A stretch of 64,000 nt of DNA, taken from positions 320,001 to 384,000 of the forward strand of contig OY760175.1 of assembly GCA_963663165.1 (NCBI GenBank), in the 5' to 3' direction. Source of the DNA: an uncultured Desulfospira sp. Lineage in GTDB: Bacteria; Desulfobacterota; Desulfobacteria; Desulfobacterales; Desulfobacteraceae. Below the pieces are notes generated by a model that was not told the DNA's origin, ran no database searches, and saw only the letters and a program-made list of their open reading frames with translations. Of this stretch, positions 19,419-29,329 are shown one piece after another. The first letter of the stretch is position 1. Each line of letters begins with the position of its first letter. The position numbers and the translations under genes were made by a program.

Positions 19419-21243
19419 TTAAGAAACGCTTTTTCCCGTTAACCGGCGGGCCAGCAAGGTGCAGTTGTCATCGGCCAGACAGTGGGTAATTTCCCGGCTG
19501 AGCGTTTCGCCCATCATGGTTTCCTCGTCCACAACCACGGTGGCTCCGGCCTGTTTAAGATCGTTAAAATGCCGGTTGTACCGGCTGCGGGCCACGATGG
19601 GCAGGGTGGGGGAAAGGCGTTTCATGGCCGCAATAATCTGAACGCAGATTTTGGCATCCGGCACGGTAACAACGGCCAGGCAGGCCTGTGAAAGGCCCGC
19701 GTGGTTCAGTATCTCCTCACTGGCCGCATCCCCCAGGAACAGCGGTGCGTCATGCCGGGCTGCAAAACGGCTTCCCTGGGGGTTTACGTCAATAATGACC
19801 GGGGTCATCCCGCTGGTGTTTAATGTTTGCACCACCTGCCTGCCGGCCGGTCCCAATCCCACCACCACCACCCGGTCTTTTTCATCAGGCACCGGGGCCA
19901 AAGCCTGGTGTTCAACGCTATCCCCCTTTCTGCTCAGCCGGTTTAAAATGCTGTTGCTCAGGGGAAGGGCCATGGACACCATGTAAGGGGTGGCCAGCAT
20001 CAAAAGGATGGTCACTGAAATGATGTAATCCATGAAGACCGTCCCGATAAGCCCGCCGTCCCTGGCCGCCGCCGCAAGGACAAAGGAAAATTCACCAATC
20101 TGCGCCAGCACAATTCCTGTGGCCAGGGCATGCCGCCGGTCCAGGCCAAAGAGCCGGGTTACCCCGTAAATGATCCCGGCTTTAAACACAAAAATCAGGG
20201 CGGCCAGAGGTAAAATTAAATAGTGTCTGAACGAAAACCCGTGTTTGGGCGAAAAGTTGCCCAGATGCAAGGCGCAAAAAAAATTTGCAACCGGAGCAAC
20301 CATAGGGGTTGTGAGGATTGCAAATTTTTTTGCAACGCAGCAGATGGGCGACTTTTCGTTCAAACACTAAATAAATGTGGGAGATGAACCATAACGGTTT
20401 GATGAACATGCCCACAGAGGCAAAAAACAAGGTGACCATTAAAATTTTCAAAGACCCGATATCAGCGCGGACCTGGGTGGCAAAAGGGGATTCGCCAAGC
20501 AGCATGCCGGCCACAAAAGCGCCCAAAGCAGGGGATATCCCCGCCGCGTGGGCGGCCCAGGTGGCGCCAAGCCCTGTGGACACCGCAAACAATACGGTCA
20601 GTTCCCGGTTGCCGAAAACCGCACTTGAGGACAACAGCCGGGGAATCAGGTGGAACAAAAGGATATACAACACCGCGGCAAGGCCGCAAACGGCAGCCAG
20701 CAGGTTTAAAAGGTGGGCCCCGGTTCCGGAAGTACCGCTTGACGGCGACAAAAGGCTGATCAGGATGACCAGAGGAACAATGGCCATGTCCTGAAACAGG
20801 AGAATCCCCAGGCTGGTCCGGCCATGGACGGATTCCATTTCAGCCCGGTCCACCAGGACCCTGAGGACAATGGTGGTGGAACTCAGCGCCATAAGTGCCC
20901 CCAAAGCAAGGGCTTTGGGCAGGGCTGAAAAGAAAACTCCCCCCAGGGCTGTCAAGGCAATGGTGATCCCCACCTGCAAAGCACCGCCCCCAAAGGCTGT
21001 TTTGCCCATCCGGCGCAATTGTCTGAATGAAAATTCAAGCCCGATGGAAAACAGCAGCAACGAGACACCAAGTTCGGCCATCTGGCTGATCATTTCGGCA
21101 TTGTCAATGACAGGGCCGGCCAGAACCCCGGCCGATATATACCCAAGAATGGGGCTTTGCCTGAACTTCTGGGCCAGGCTGCCCAAGGCAAAGGCCATGC
21201 CAAAAATGACCACCAGTTCCAGTAACACATACCAAAGATCCAT
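19419..21243 (-). pseudogene. CPA2 cation:proton antiporter with TrkA-N domain, disrupted by MITE
   Basis: LLLFSIGLEF, GILLFQD, LAQIGEFSFVL, VVGLGPAG; removing the MITE plus one TAAATA restores ...SHIYLILPLAA (557 aa). Confidence 0.9.
20223..20367 (-). mobile_element. 145-bp MITE, copy 3
   Basis: Identical by eye to copy 1; duplication TAAATA at 20217-20222 and 20368-20373. Confidence 0.92.
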
Positions 21244-21419
21244 GGGACGTCTCCGTTTGTTAGCGGTGTTTGAGATGTTTAAAATGGTAACTTTTGTTAC
21301 CGTCATTGGTTCAGCGGGGAACACCCGGGTGCCATGTGTCAAAGAAATGGGATTCGCCCTTGAAAAAAATCATATCATCAGCCCTAAAAATGGGTCAACC
21401 CGTGATGTGCTTTTTATAA

Positions 21420-21509
21420 CCGTCACGGACGGCTTGGATTATCCAACCAAGAATCGCCCACAACGAAAAATGAAAGTCTTTTCAGCTTGTTAGTGAGACT
21501 TTCTTATAA
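21420..21509. repeat. 90-bp structured repeat, single copy
   Basis: CCGTCACGGACGG...GAGACTTTC flanked by TTATAA on both sides (21414-21419, 21504-21509). Confidence 0.88.
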
Positions 21510-21625
21510 AGAAACTGGAGACAAGAAACAAGAGACAAGAGGGCGAAGCACCTGCGGTGCCCAATTTATAGTCTACCGTTGCTGGTATCTTCAGTTTCAT
21601 TATTCGTTGTGGGCTTCGCCCACGC
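21510..21625. repeat. Heptamer array (AGAAAC/AGAGAC) followed by REP-like GGGCGAAGC...GCTTCGCCC
   Basis: Visible 7-nt periodicity at 21510-21543 and a 9-bp inverted repeat. Confidence 0.45.
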
Positions 21626-21897
21626 TTTATATTTAACCACAGAGGTGCACAGAGAAACACTTTAGTTTCAGTGCTGCGCACTGAAATTGCATTCAGTCAG
21701 CTTAAACAGCGGGAAAGCTATATGCGATTGCCCTGGGCCGGCCTCTGGAAATTTGTAAAGACGGGTTTACACCATGAAAGAAAACCGGACGATTCGATAT
21801 GGAAGACAACGCCGGGCGCCTTTTTTAAGCCGGCCTTTTGCACCCGGAAACCCCATGGATTCAGCGGCTTTGGATAATTGTCCCTGGGGTCGGGTCA

Positions 21898-21913
21898 TGG
21901 CATTGATATTGCT
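21898..21913 (+). promoter_or_regulatory. Sigma54 (-24/-12) promoter
   Basis: TGGCATTGATATTGCT = GG-N10-GC, ~80 nt upstream of 21991. Confidence 0.7.
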
Positions 21914-21990
21914 CTTAATTTAGAATAGAGGGTCGTTTCAGGGACCAGATGGTTTGCACCATCAATCTTAATTAAAAAAGGGGGGACGCC

Positions 21991-22737
21991 ATGAATGAAA
22001 CGTTAAAAACCGATTATAAACCGGGGGATTACGGGAAAAAAAGAATGAGTGCGGCCCAGTGGGCAGATGTCCATGCCAAACAGTGGGGCCACACCTCAGG
22101 CCTCCGGGCCGGAGAAATAGAACAGCCTGAAAAAGGGGCTTTTCCCTGTATTTGTGTGTCACGGCAGATCGGGGTGGGGGCCCTGGAAATTGCAGACCTG
22201 TTATCTGAAAAAATTGCCTGCCGGGTGATTGACCGGGAAATTCTGGAGTATATGGCAAAGGAAAAGAATCTGTCTGAAAAATCAGTGGCCTATTTTGACG
22301 AGCGGTATCCCGGACTGATGAGCGAGCTGTTTTCCATGCTGATCAGTGAAAAAACATTTTTAAAAAGTGATTATGCCAGGCAGCTGGCCAAAACCGTTAT
22401 GGCCCTGGCCGGCATTGAATCAACGGTTTTTGTCGGGCGGGGAACCCACCTGATCCTGCCAAGAAGCCGGGTTTTGGCGGTCAGACTCATTGCCAGCAGG
22501 GAATACCGGATCGACCGGGTGGCCCGGCTGCTGAACATCAGAAGAACAGATGCCGGGGCTCATCTCAACACCATGGACACGGAACAGGCTGAGTTCTTTA
22601 AAACCGTTTTCGGCAAAACCGGATCGGATCCCCAGGAATTTGATCTGGTGATAAACCTGGAATACGTGAAAGAGGCATCGGATACGGCTGAAATAATAGC
22701 ATGTGCCTTCAGGCAAAAGTTTGGTCCTAAGGAATAA
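21991..22737 (+). CDS. Cytidylate kinase-like family protein
   Basis: ICVSRQIGVGA, VIDREIL, VFVGRG, FDLVIN. Confidence 0.85.
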   Translation: MNETLKTDYKPGDYGKKRMSAAQWADVHAKQWGHTSGLRAGEIEQPEKGAFPCICVSRQIGVGALEIADLLSEKIACRVIDREILEYMAKEKNLSEKSVAYFDERYPGLMSELFSMLISEKTFLKSDYARQLAKTVMALAGIESTVFVGRGTHLILPRSRVLAVRLIASREYRIDRVARLLNIRRTDAGAHLNTMDTEQAEFFKTVFGKTGSDPQEFDLVINLEYVKEASDTAEIIACAFRQKFGPKE

Positions 22738-22790
22738 CTCTCAGGCGGTTTTACACAAAGGCGTCTGTTTCGGATAAAAGAGGGAAATTT

Positions 22791-23396
22791 ATGAGCAGTG
22801 AGCAACATCTTTACTGGCATACCGCCAGCGTATCCAATCTGGACCGGGAAGCACTTTTGGGGCAGAAAGGTGCCATGATCTGGTTTACCGGGCTGTCCGC
22901 TTCGGGCAAGTCCACCCTGGCCAACGCCACCGCACTGGCCCTGCATGGATATCGAAAACTGACCTTTGTACTGGACGGAGACAATATCCGGCAGGGCCTG
23001 AACCAGAATTTGGGGTTTTCTCCCGGGGACCGGGAGGAAAATATCCGCCGGATCGCCCATGTGGGGAAGCTGTTTACCGACGCCGGTATTATTGTCCTGA
23101 CCGCCTTTATTTCCCCTTACCAGAAAGACAGGGATCTGGCCCGGATATTGACAGCACCGGGCCGGTTTATCGAGGTTCATGTGGACGCTTCGGTGCCCAC
23201 CTGTGAAAACCGGGATCAAAAAGGGCTTTACCAAAAGGCCCGTGCCGGTGAAATTCCTGAGTTTACCGGGGTCAGCGCGCCTTACGAAGCACCGGAAAAC
23301 CCTGAAATCCGCATCGACGCCAACAGCCTGACCATTGACCAGGGGCGGGACCAGATCCTGGCCTTTTTGAAGGACCGGGGCTTTGTCTTTTATTGA
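22791..23396 (+). CDS. cysC: Adenylyl-sulfate kinase
   Basis: IWFTGLSASGKST, LDGDNIR, DREENIRR, FTGVSAPYEAP. Confidence 0.95.
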   Translation: MSSEQHLYWHTASVSNLDREALLGQKGAMIWFTGLSASGKSTLANATALALHGYRKLTFVLDGDNIRQGLNQNLGFSPGDREENIRRIAHVGKLFTDAGIIVLTAFISPYQKDRDLARILTAPGRFIEVHVDASVPTCENRDQKGLYQKARAGEIPEFTGVSAPYEAPENPEIRIDANSLTIDQGRDQILAFLKDRGFVFY

Positions 23397-23453
23397 AAAT
23401 GCCGCTCCATAAATGAAGGCCTTTTCAGACGGTTGATGAGATGTTGATACACA

Positions 23454-23517
23454 AGGCTATTTTAACCCCTATTCCAAAATAGCCTTGACTATTTTGGAAT
23501 AGGGGTTAAAATAGCCT
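23454..23517. promoter_or_regulatory. Perfect 29-bp inverted repeat overlapping a sigma70-like promoter
   Basis: Arms 23454-23482 and 23489-23517, loop CCTTGA; TTGACT-16 nt-TAAAAT inside. Confidence 0.75.
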
Positions 23518-23518
23518 C

Positions 23519-24634
23519 ATGCGATACATTGAACCGCACATTCTTCAGGATCTTGAACGAAAAATGGTTTTTGTCGGCGGCCCCCGGCAGGTGGGAAAAA
23601 CCACCATGGCCAAACGGCTGCTGGGTCAGATGGACTTTGGCGGGCGGTATTTTAACTGGGATTTTGATGAAGACCGGCAGGATCTTCTGGCCAAAAAGTG
23701 GCAGCAAGACGGCAGCCTGGTGGTTTTTGACGAACTTCACAAGCATCCCAACTGGAAAAACTGGGTCAAAGGGATATACGATACATGCCAGAACAAAAAC
23801 CGCTTTCTGGTGACTGGGTCGGCACGGCTGGACGTCTACCGGAAGGGGGGAGACTCTCTTTTGGGACGGTATCATTATTGGCGGCTTCACCCCTTTGGAC
23901 TGGATGAGTTCCCCGAGAAAATGAGTGCCCGGGAGGCCTTTGATCGGCTGATGCGGGTGGGCGGTTTCCCTGAACCTTTTTTGGACGGAGATGAGCGGCA
24001 GGCGAGACGCTGGCGCAGGGAGAAAATTGACCGGGTGGTGCGCGAGGATATCAGGGATCTGGAACCGGTCCGGGATATCTCCCGGTTAAGCCTGCTGATT
24101 GACCAGTTGCGCAGCCGTGTCGGGAGTATCGTGGTGGTATCCAATCTTGCCGGGGAAATTCAGGTGTCGCCCAAGACCGTTTCCAACTGGCTGGATGTCC
24201 TGGAGCGGATGTACCTTGTTTTTGCCGTCCGCCCCTATACAAGAAATCTTCCTAGAGCCGTTGTAAAACCGCCAAAAGTGTTTTTCTGTGACAACGCCGA
24301 TGTCATTGGCGATGACGGGGCTGTATTTGAGAATCTTGTTGCCACCCATCTGTTAAAACGAATCCATTTTCTTCAGGACCGGGACGGTTACCAATACGAG
24401 TTAAGATATATCCGGGACAAAGAGGGCAGGGAAGTTGACTTTCTTATCCTCAAAGAGGGCAAAATTGAAGAACTGGTTGAAGCCAAATACTCGGATGATA
24501 CAGTGTCAAGGCACCTGACCTACTATGCTGAAAAACTCACCCCCCCCAAAGTCACACAGATTGTGGCCAACTTAAAGCACCCCTTTAGCAGTGGTAAAAT
24601 TAGCGTGGTGGATCCGATATCTTATTTTAGATAA
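23519..24634 (+). CDS. AAA_14 ATPase with DUF4143 / C-terminal PD-(D/E)xK-like domain
   Basis: GPRQVGKTT, VFDELHK, VTGSA, GGFPE, FENLVA, EVDFL...VEAK. Confidence 0.88.
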   Translation: MRYIEPHILQDLERKMVFVGGPRQVGKTTMAKRLLGQMDFGGRYFNWDFDEDRQDLLAKKWQQDGSLVVFDELHKHPNWKNWVKGIYDTCQNKNRFLVTGSARLDVYRKGGDSLLGRYHYWRLHPFGLDEFPEKMSAREAFDRLMRVGGFPEPFLDGDERQARRWRREKIDRVVREDIRDLEPVRDISRLSLLIDQLRSRVGSIVVVSNLAGEIQVSPKTVSNWLDVLERMYLVFAVRPYTRNLPRAVVKPPKVFFCDNADVIGDDGAVFENLVATHLLKRIHFLQDRDGYQYELRYIRDKEGREVDFLILKEGKIEELVEAKYSDDTVSRHLTYYAEKLTPPKVTQIVANLKHPFSSGKISVVDPISYFR

Positions 24635-24672
24635 ACGCATTTGGCTTCGGAGTACTTGTAAACCGGCGTGTC

Positions 24673-25128
24673 TTATCCCCGGGGCCGGGCCTTCCAGCCG
24701 TATGCAAGGCCAAACAGCCCGAAGATAACGCTGATCCCTGTGATGATCCCCTGGGGCCGGGACGCTTTTGGGGGAGCGGATGGGGATGACTGAGCGGCTG
24801 TAAGGTTGCCTTTATCATCGCCTATTTCCTGCTCCAGGGCCAGCCGGTGGCCCATGCCATCCTGGACAACAATCTGCCATTTTCCTTTTTGGTCGGGTCG
24901 GAACATGAACTGCCCGTTACGGTCTGTCCGGCCTTTCTGGAAAACCGGGCCGTTGTCCGGCCCGGTAATTTCCACAGCCGCGTAGCTCATGGGTTCCCCG
25001 TCATCGTATCCGGCAGTAACCAGGATGCCTGAAGTGGTTTCAGTAGACCCTTCTGTCCCGTGTCCCCATGCCGGGACTGCTATGGCCAATACCACCAGAA
25101 AACCAAATACATACGGCATTTTTTTCAT
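24673..25128 (-). CDS. Ni/Co transport accessory protein (NikL/CbiL-like)
   Basis: Signal peptide then HG, YDDGEPM, GRTDRNG, DGMGH, C-terminal TM helix. Confidence 0.6.
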   Translation of the reverse strand: MKKMPYVFGFLVVLAIAVPAWGHGTEGSTETTSGILVTAGYDDGEPMSYAAVEITGPDNGPVFQKGRTDRNGQFMFRPDQKGKWQIVVQDGMGHRLALEQEIGDDKGNLTAAQSSPSAPPKASRPQGIITGISVIFGLFGLAYGWKARPRG

Positions 25129-25150
25129 GTATTCTTCCTAAATATGAGGG

Positions 25151-25903
25151 TTATCCTTTTACCTTTAAAAAACAGGTGGTTGTCAGGCTGGCATCGGTGT
25201 ACAGGTCTGATACGGTGTCCGGCGATTTGTGCCGTGCGATCAGAAGATACCGGCCGGGCTCCTCAAATTTAACGTTAAAATTTCCCTGGTCATCGGTTTC
25301 AAAAATTTTATAGTTGACGTCGCCGCCGTTATCAGGGGCATGGGTTAGGTTGACCTTGGTTTCGGGCAGTGGTTTTAAGTCATATTCCAGGTTGAATAAG
25401 ATCTCATCGCCGGTGTGCGGGTGTTTCCATCCTTCAGGTATCAGACGCAGGTCCAGTTCCGGCATGGTGTCCATTTGGTTTTCAGAAGGCCCATGCCCCA
25501 CCCGCAACGCCAGATGGGAGAACTGGGTGTATAAAGAGGCGGTTTTGGCATCGGGAAAATCCTTTAAATTGCCGATGTGATAGTTGCCTTCCTGGTCAAC
25601 CACATAAGAGCCCACATACTTGCAGACAAAATGGTAAAGACCGGATGTCTCAGGGACCACATTAAACACATAGCAATTGTCTTCCTGGCCGCTGACCGAA
25701 AGATCCTGCTGTTTGCCGTCAGGGGAAACAAAAAAAGCCGACAGCCCGTCTTTTCGGGCCAGCCCGTCGCTGACCATGTTGTGTCCCCAGTTAAAATACA
25801 ATTGAACGGTATCGCCTTCATGGATATGGGTGGTAGACGGTTCCAGCCATCCTTCATGTCCGTAAACCATCAGATCGGTGGTGTCTCTAAATTCAGCTGA
25901 CAT
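25151..25903 (-). CDS. DUF4198 domain protein (no evident signal peptide)
   Basis: HEGWLEP, WGH, LRLIP, TDDQG, GRYLLIARH. Confidence 0.7.
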   Translation of the reverse strand: MSAEFRDTTDLMVYGHEGWLEPSTTHIHEGDTVQLYFNWGHNMVSDGLARKDGLSAFFVSPDGKQQDLSVSGQEDNCYVFNVVPETSGLYHFVCKYVGSYVVDQEGNYHIGNLKDFPDAKTASLYTQFSHLALRVGHGPSENQMDTMPELDLRLIPEGWKHPHTGDEILFNLEYDLKPLPETKVNLTHAPDNGGDVNYKIFETDDQGNFNVKFEEPGRYLLIARHKSPDTVSDLYTDASLTTTCFLKVKG

Positions 25904-25920
25904 AATTTCTCCTTTAAAAG

Positions 25921-26571
25921 TTATTTATTTTTAATGCCTTTGAACACATACCAATGGCTGCCGTGATGCCCTCTGGGCAGTTTGTCAAGAAGCACGGCCT
26001 CCACGGCAACAAAGCCTGAGTCCTCAAAGTGGCGGGTGATTTTGCTCACGGCCGCGCCTTTGAGAGGCAGCATATCCTCAATTTCCTGGCTGTAATGATT
26101 GAATGATACATCCCCGCCCACACTGCAGAAACAGACCAGCTTTCCCCCGGGTTTCAACACCCGGAACCACTCTTTAAAGGATTTGACCGGTTCCAGCAGG
26201 GTCCATAAAACGTGGCGGTTGGTCACCACATCACAGCTGTTATCGTCAAAAGGCAGATCAATGAGGTCCCCCCGGATAAATTCCAGGTTAAGTCCCCGCC
26301 GGGCCGCATGATATTTGCCAAGTTCCATCATGCCGTCTGAAATATCCACGGCCTGGCAGTCATATCCCAAGGCGGCGATTCTTAAGGAAAGAAAACCGGT
26401 TCCGGCCCCTACATCAACGACTTTTTGGTGTTTTTCTTCTCCAAGATGGGTGGAAATAACCTGTTTCCAGACCGCATCATCCTCTTCTTTGGCGCTGCCG
26501 TTATGCCTGGCATCATAATTTTCAGCGTGAGTGTTCCAGCGTTCTTCAACGGCTTTTAAAGCATCAGTCAT
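25921..26571 (-). CDS. Class I SAM-dependent methyltransferase
   Basis: VVDVGAGTGF, DLPFDD, RVLKPGG. Confidence 0.9.
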   Translation of the reverse strand: MTDALKAVEERWNTHAENYDARHNGSAKEEDDAVWKQVISTHLGEEKHQKVVDVGAGTGFLSLRIAALGYDCQAVDISDGMMELGKYHAARRGLNLEFIRGDLIDLPFDDNSCDVVTNRHVLWTLLEPVKSFKEWFRVLKPGGKLVCFCSVGGDVSFNHYSQEIEDMLPLKGAAVSKITRHFEDSGFVAVEAVLLDKLPRGHHGSHWYVFKGIKNK

Positions 26572-26611
26572 ATAACGTCTCCTTTGTATTGATTTTCAAA
26601 CCTTGAGGGCC

Positions 26612-27667
26612 TTAGGAAAAGCCAGGCCCCCAAATCCGGTGGCAGGCGACTTTCCGGCCGGCCACTTCCTTTAGCTGGGGTTTTTCCCGTTCACAAAGCG
26701 GGACCCGCAGGGGGCACCGGGGGTGAAAGGCGCATCCTGTCGGGGTAAATCCCGGATCGGGAGGCTCCCCGGTAATGCCAAGTTTACGGGTTCTTTTCTT
26801 TCGCGGGTCCAAACAGAGCAGGGAAGCAAACAGCATTTTCGTGTAAGGGTGAAGCGGGTTTTGAAAGATGCTTTCGGTGATGCCGGTTTCCATGAACCTG
26901 CCCAGGTACATGACCGCCATGCGCTGGGACATGAACCGGACCATGCGCAGGTTGTGGGAAATATAGAGCAAGGCCGTTCCCCGGTTTCTTTTGGTGGTAT
27001 CCAGCAGCTTCAGGATCTGGGCCTGAACCGATAAATCCAGGGACGCGGCCGGCTCGTCGGCCACAATGAACCGAGGTTCCTGGAGCAGGGCCCTGGCAAT
27101 CCCGATCCGCTGGCGCTGGCCGCCGGAAAGTTCATGGGGATGCCGCCGCAGCAGCTCTGTGCCGATATTTACCCGGTACATGATCCGGAGTATTTTCTGT
27201 TGCCGTTCTGTCTGGGCAATTTTTTTGAGTTTTAAGGGTTCTTCCAGAATACGGTATACCGAATATCTCGGGTCCAGAGAGTTGTCCGCATCCTGGTAGA
27301 CCATCTGCATCTGGGGCCCAAGGGCCTTGATGTCACGCAGCGATAAATGTTTCAGGTTCATGCCGTTAAAAAAAACAGTGCCGGATGTGGGCTCGGCCAG
27401 TTTGAGCAGGATCCGGCCCACAGTGGACTTGCCGCAACCGCTTTCTCCCACAAGGCCAAAGCATTCACCCGGTGAGATGTCAAAAGACACATCATCCACC
27501 GCTTTGACAGGTATGGTCCGGTTAAACAGCCCGGACCCTTCAGGCCTGAATACCTTGGTAAGTCTTTCTGCTGTAATGGTATCCTGCAAAATAACATCTC
27601 TCCATTCTGGAACCTTCGAAAACAGGCTCAGGCTTCTGGCGCGTGCAGATGCCTTTGGCCTTTTCAC
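26612..27667 (-). CDS. Peptide/nickel ABC transporter ATP-binding subunit (true start probably near 27590)
   Basis: GESGCGKST, LSGGQRQR, ADEP, GCAFHPRC. Confidence 0.9.
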   Translation of the reverse strand: MKRPKASARARSLSLFSKVPEWRDVILQDTITAERLTKVFRPEGSGLFNRTIPVKAVDDVSFDISPGECFGLVGESGCGKSTVGRILLKLAEPTSGTVFFNGMNLKHLSLRDIKALGPQMQMVYQDADNSLDPRYSVYRILEEPLKLKKIAQTERQQKILRIMYRVNIGTELLRRHPHELSGGQRQRIGIARALLQEPRFIVADEPAASLDLSVQAQILKLLDTTKRNRGTALLYISHNLRMVRFMSQRMAVMYLGRFMETGITESIFQNPLHPYTKMLFASLLCLDPRKKRTRKLGITGEPPDPGFTPTGCAFHPRCPLRVPLCEREKPQLKEVAGRKVACHRIWGPGFS

Positions 27668-28520
27668 ACCTTAAATGAAAGGGGCACCCTGAAGGCAGCC
27701 GGGTCAGGCTGGGCACAGTCCCGGGGATAGGGGTAAGGGTTTTTCCTGAGATAACATTCAACAATGCCGTGGAATAGGGATGGCCCGGATTTTGGAAAAA
27801 ATCCAGGACCGGACAGTATTCCATGAGGGTGCCCGCATACATGACCCCGACCATGTCGGACATCTCTGCGGCCACACCCAGATCGTGGGTAATGATGAGG
27901 ACGGAAGTTCCATACCGGTCTTTTAATCCTTTTAACAGGTCCAGGATCTGGCGCTGAACCGTCAGATCAAGGGCCGTTGTCGGCTCGTCGGCAATCAGAA
28001 GTTCCGGGTTGCAGGCCAGGGCCATGGCAATCATAACCCGCTGCTGCATCCCGCCGCTCAATTCATGGGGAAAGTCCGTAATCCTTCGTTTTGGAATCCC
28101 CACTTCCTCCATGAGTTGTTCCGCCTTTGTGCGGGCGGCCTTACCCTGAATGCCGGCGTTGGCCCGCAGGGTTTCGGCAATCTGTTCGCCGATTTTCATC
28201 ACCGGGTTAAGGCAGCTCATGGGCTGCTCAAAAATGACGGCGATCCGGCTGCCCCGGGTTTTTTTCCGCTCCTTTGGGGACATGGAAAGTAAATCCACGC
28301 CCCGGTATAAGATCTGGCCGGTGACCACGGCGTTTTCCGGCAGCAGCCCCGGGATGGACAGGGCGATGACGCTCTTGCCGCAGCCTGATTCGCCCAGCAG
28401 GCAGAAGGTTTGCCCTTCGCTGATGTCAAAACTGACGTGATCCGCCACCTTGACCGGTCCCATCCGGGTCCTGAACTCAATGCTCACGTCCCGCAGCTGG
28501 ATAATCGGCTCAGAATTCAA
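27540..28520 (-). CDS. Peptide/nickel ABC transporter ATP-binding subunit
   Basis: GESGCGKS, LSGGMQQR, ADEPTTALD. Confidence 0.92.
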   Translation of the reverse strand: MNSEPIIQLRDVSIEFRTRMGPVKVADHVSFDISEGQTFCLLGESGCGKSVIALSIPGLLPENAVVTGQILYRGVDLLSMSPKERKKTRGSRIAVIFEQPMSCLNPVMKIGEQIAETLRANAGIQGKAARTKAEQLMEEVGIPKRRITDFPHELSGGMQQRVMIAMALACNPELLIADEPTTALDLTVQRQILDLLKGLKDRYGTSVLIITHDLGVAAEMSDMVGVMYAGTLMEYCPVLDFFQNPGHPYSTALLNVISGKTLTPIPGTVPSLTRLPSGCPFHLRCEKAKGICTRQKPEPVFEGSRMERCYFAGYHYSRKTYQGIQA

Positions 28521-29329
28521 ACCTCCACCTCCTTTTGAAGCTTGGGGTCCATCATGTCCCGCAGCCCTTCCCCCATCAGGTTGAAGGCCAGCACTGCGGC
28601 CATGACGGCAATTCCGGGGAAAATAAACAAATGGGGATGGTTGCCCATGAATGAGGTGGCTTCATTGAGCATGGCCCCCCATTCCGGGGTGGGCGGCTGG
28701 GCCCCCAGTCCGATAAAGCTTAACCCCGCAATGGCCAGGATGGTATACCCGGCATTCAGGGCCGCGTATACCACCAGGGGATAAATGGCATTGGGAATGA
28801 TATGGCACTGGATCACCTGCCGCCGGCTGCCCCCCATGGCGGCGGCCGCTTCCACATAGAGCTGTTCTTTTACCGAAAGAACGCTGCCCCTGACCATGCG
28901 CGCGTACCCGGTCCACATGGTCAGTGTCAGGGCCAGGATGATGTTGGCCAGGGACGGCCCGAGAATGCCGGTAATGGCAATGGGCAGAATCAGGGGCGGA
29001 AACGCCATGAGCATGTCCACCATGCGCATGCACACCTCGTCGGTAAAACCACCGAAGTATCCGGCCGCACACCCCACGGCAGTGCCGATGAAAAGGCAGG
29101 ACAGCATGACGGCAAAGGTGGCGCAAAAGGATGTTCTGGCCGCATAAAGGATACGGCTGAACAGATCCCGGCCCAGCTGGTCGGTGCCCATGGGATGCTC
29201 CCATGTGACACCTTGAAGCCGTTCGGACATGTTGACTTTGAACGGGTCAGAAGGCGCCATCATGGGGGCCAGGGCCGCCAGAAGAATTAAAGACAGGATC
29301 AGGATGCCGCCGGCAATAAAGCTTTTCAT
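28517..29329 (-). CDS. Peptide/nickel ABC transporter permease (NikC/OppC-like)
   Basis: GTDQLGRD, EAAAAMG loop, GLGAQPPTPEWG. Confidence 0.92.
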   Translation of the reverse strand: MKSFIAGGILILSLILLAALAPMMAPSDPFKVNMSERLQGVTWEHPMGTDQLGRDLFSRILYAARTSFCATFAVMLSCLFIGTAVGCAAGYFGGFTDEVCMRMVDMLMAFPPLILPIAITGILGPSLANIILALTLTMWTGYARMVRGSVLSVKEQLYVEAAAAMGGSRRQVIQCHIIPNAIYPLVVYAALNAGYTILAIAGLSFIGLGAQPPTPEWGAMLNEATSFMGNHPHLFIFPGIAVMAAVLAFNLMGEGLRDMMDPKLQKEVEV

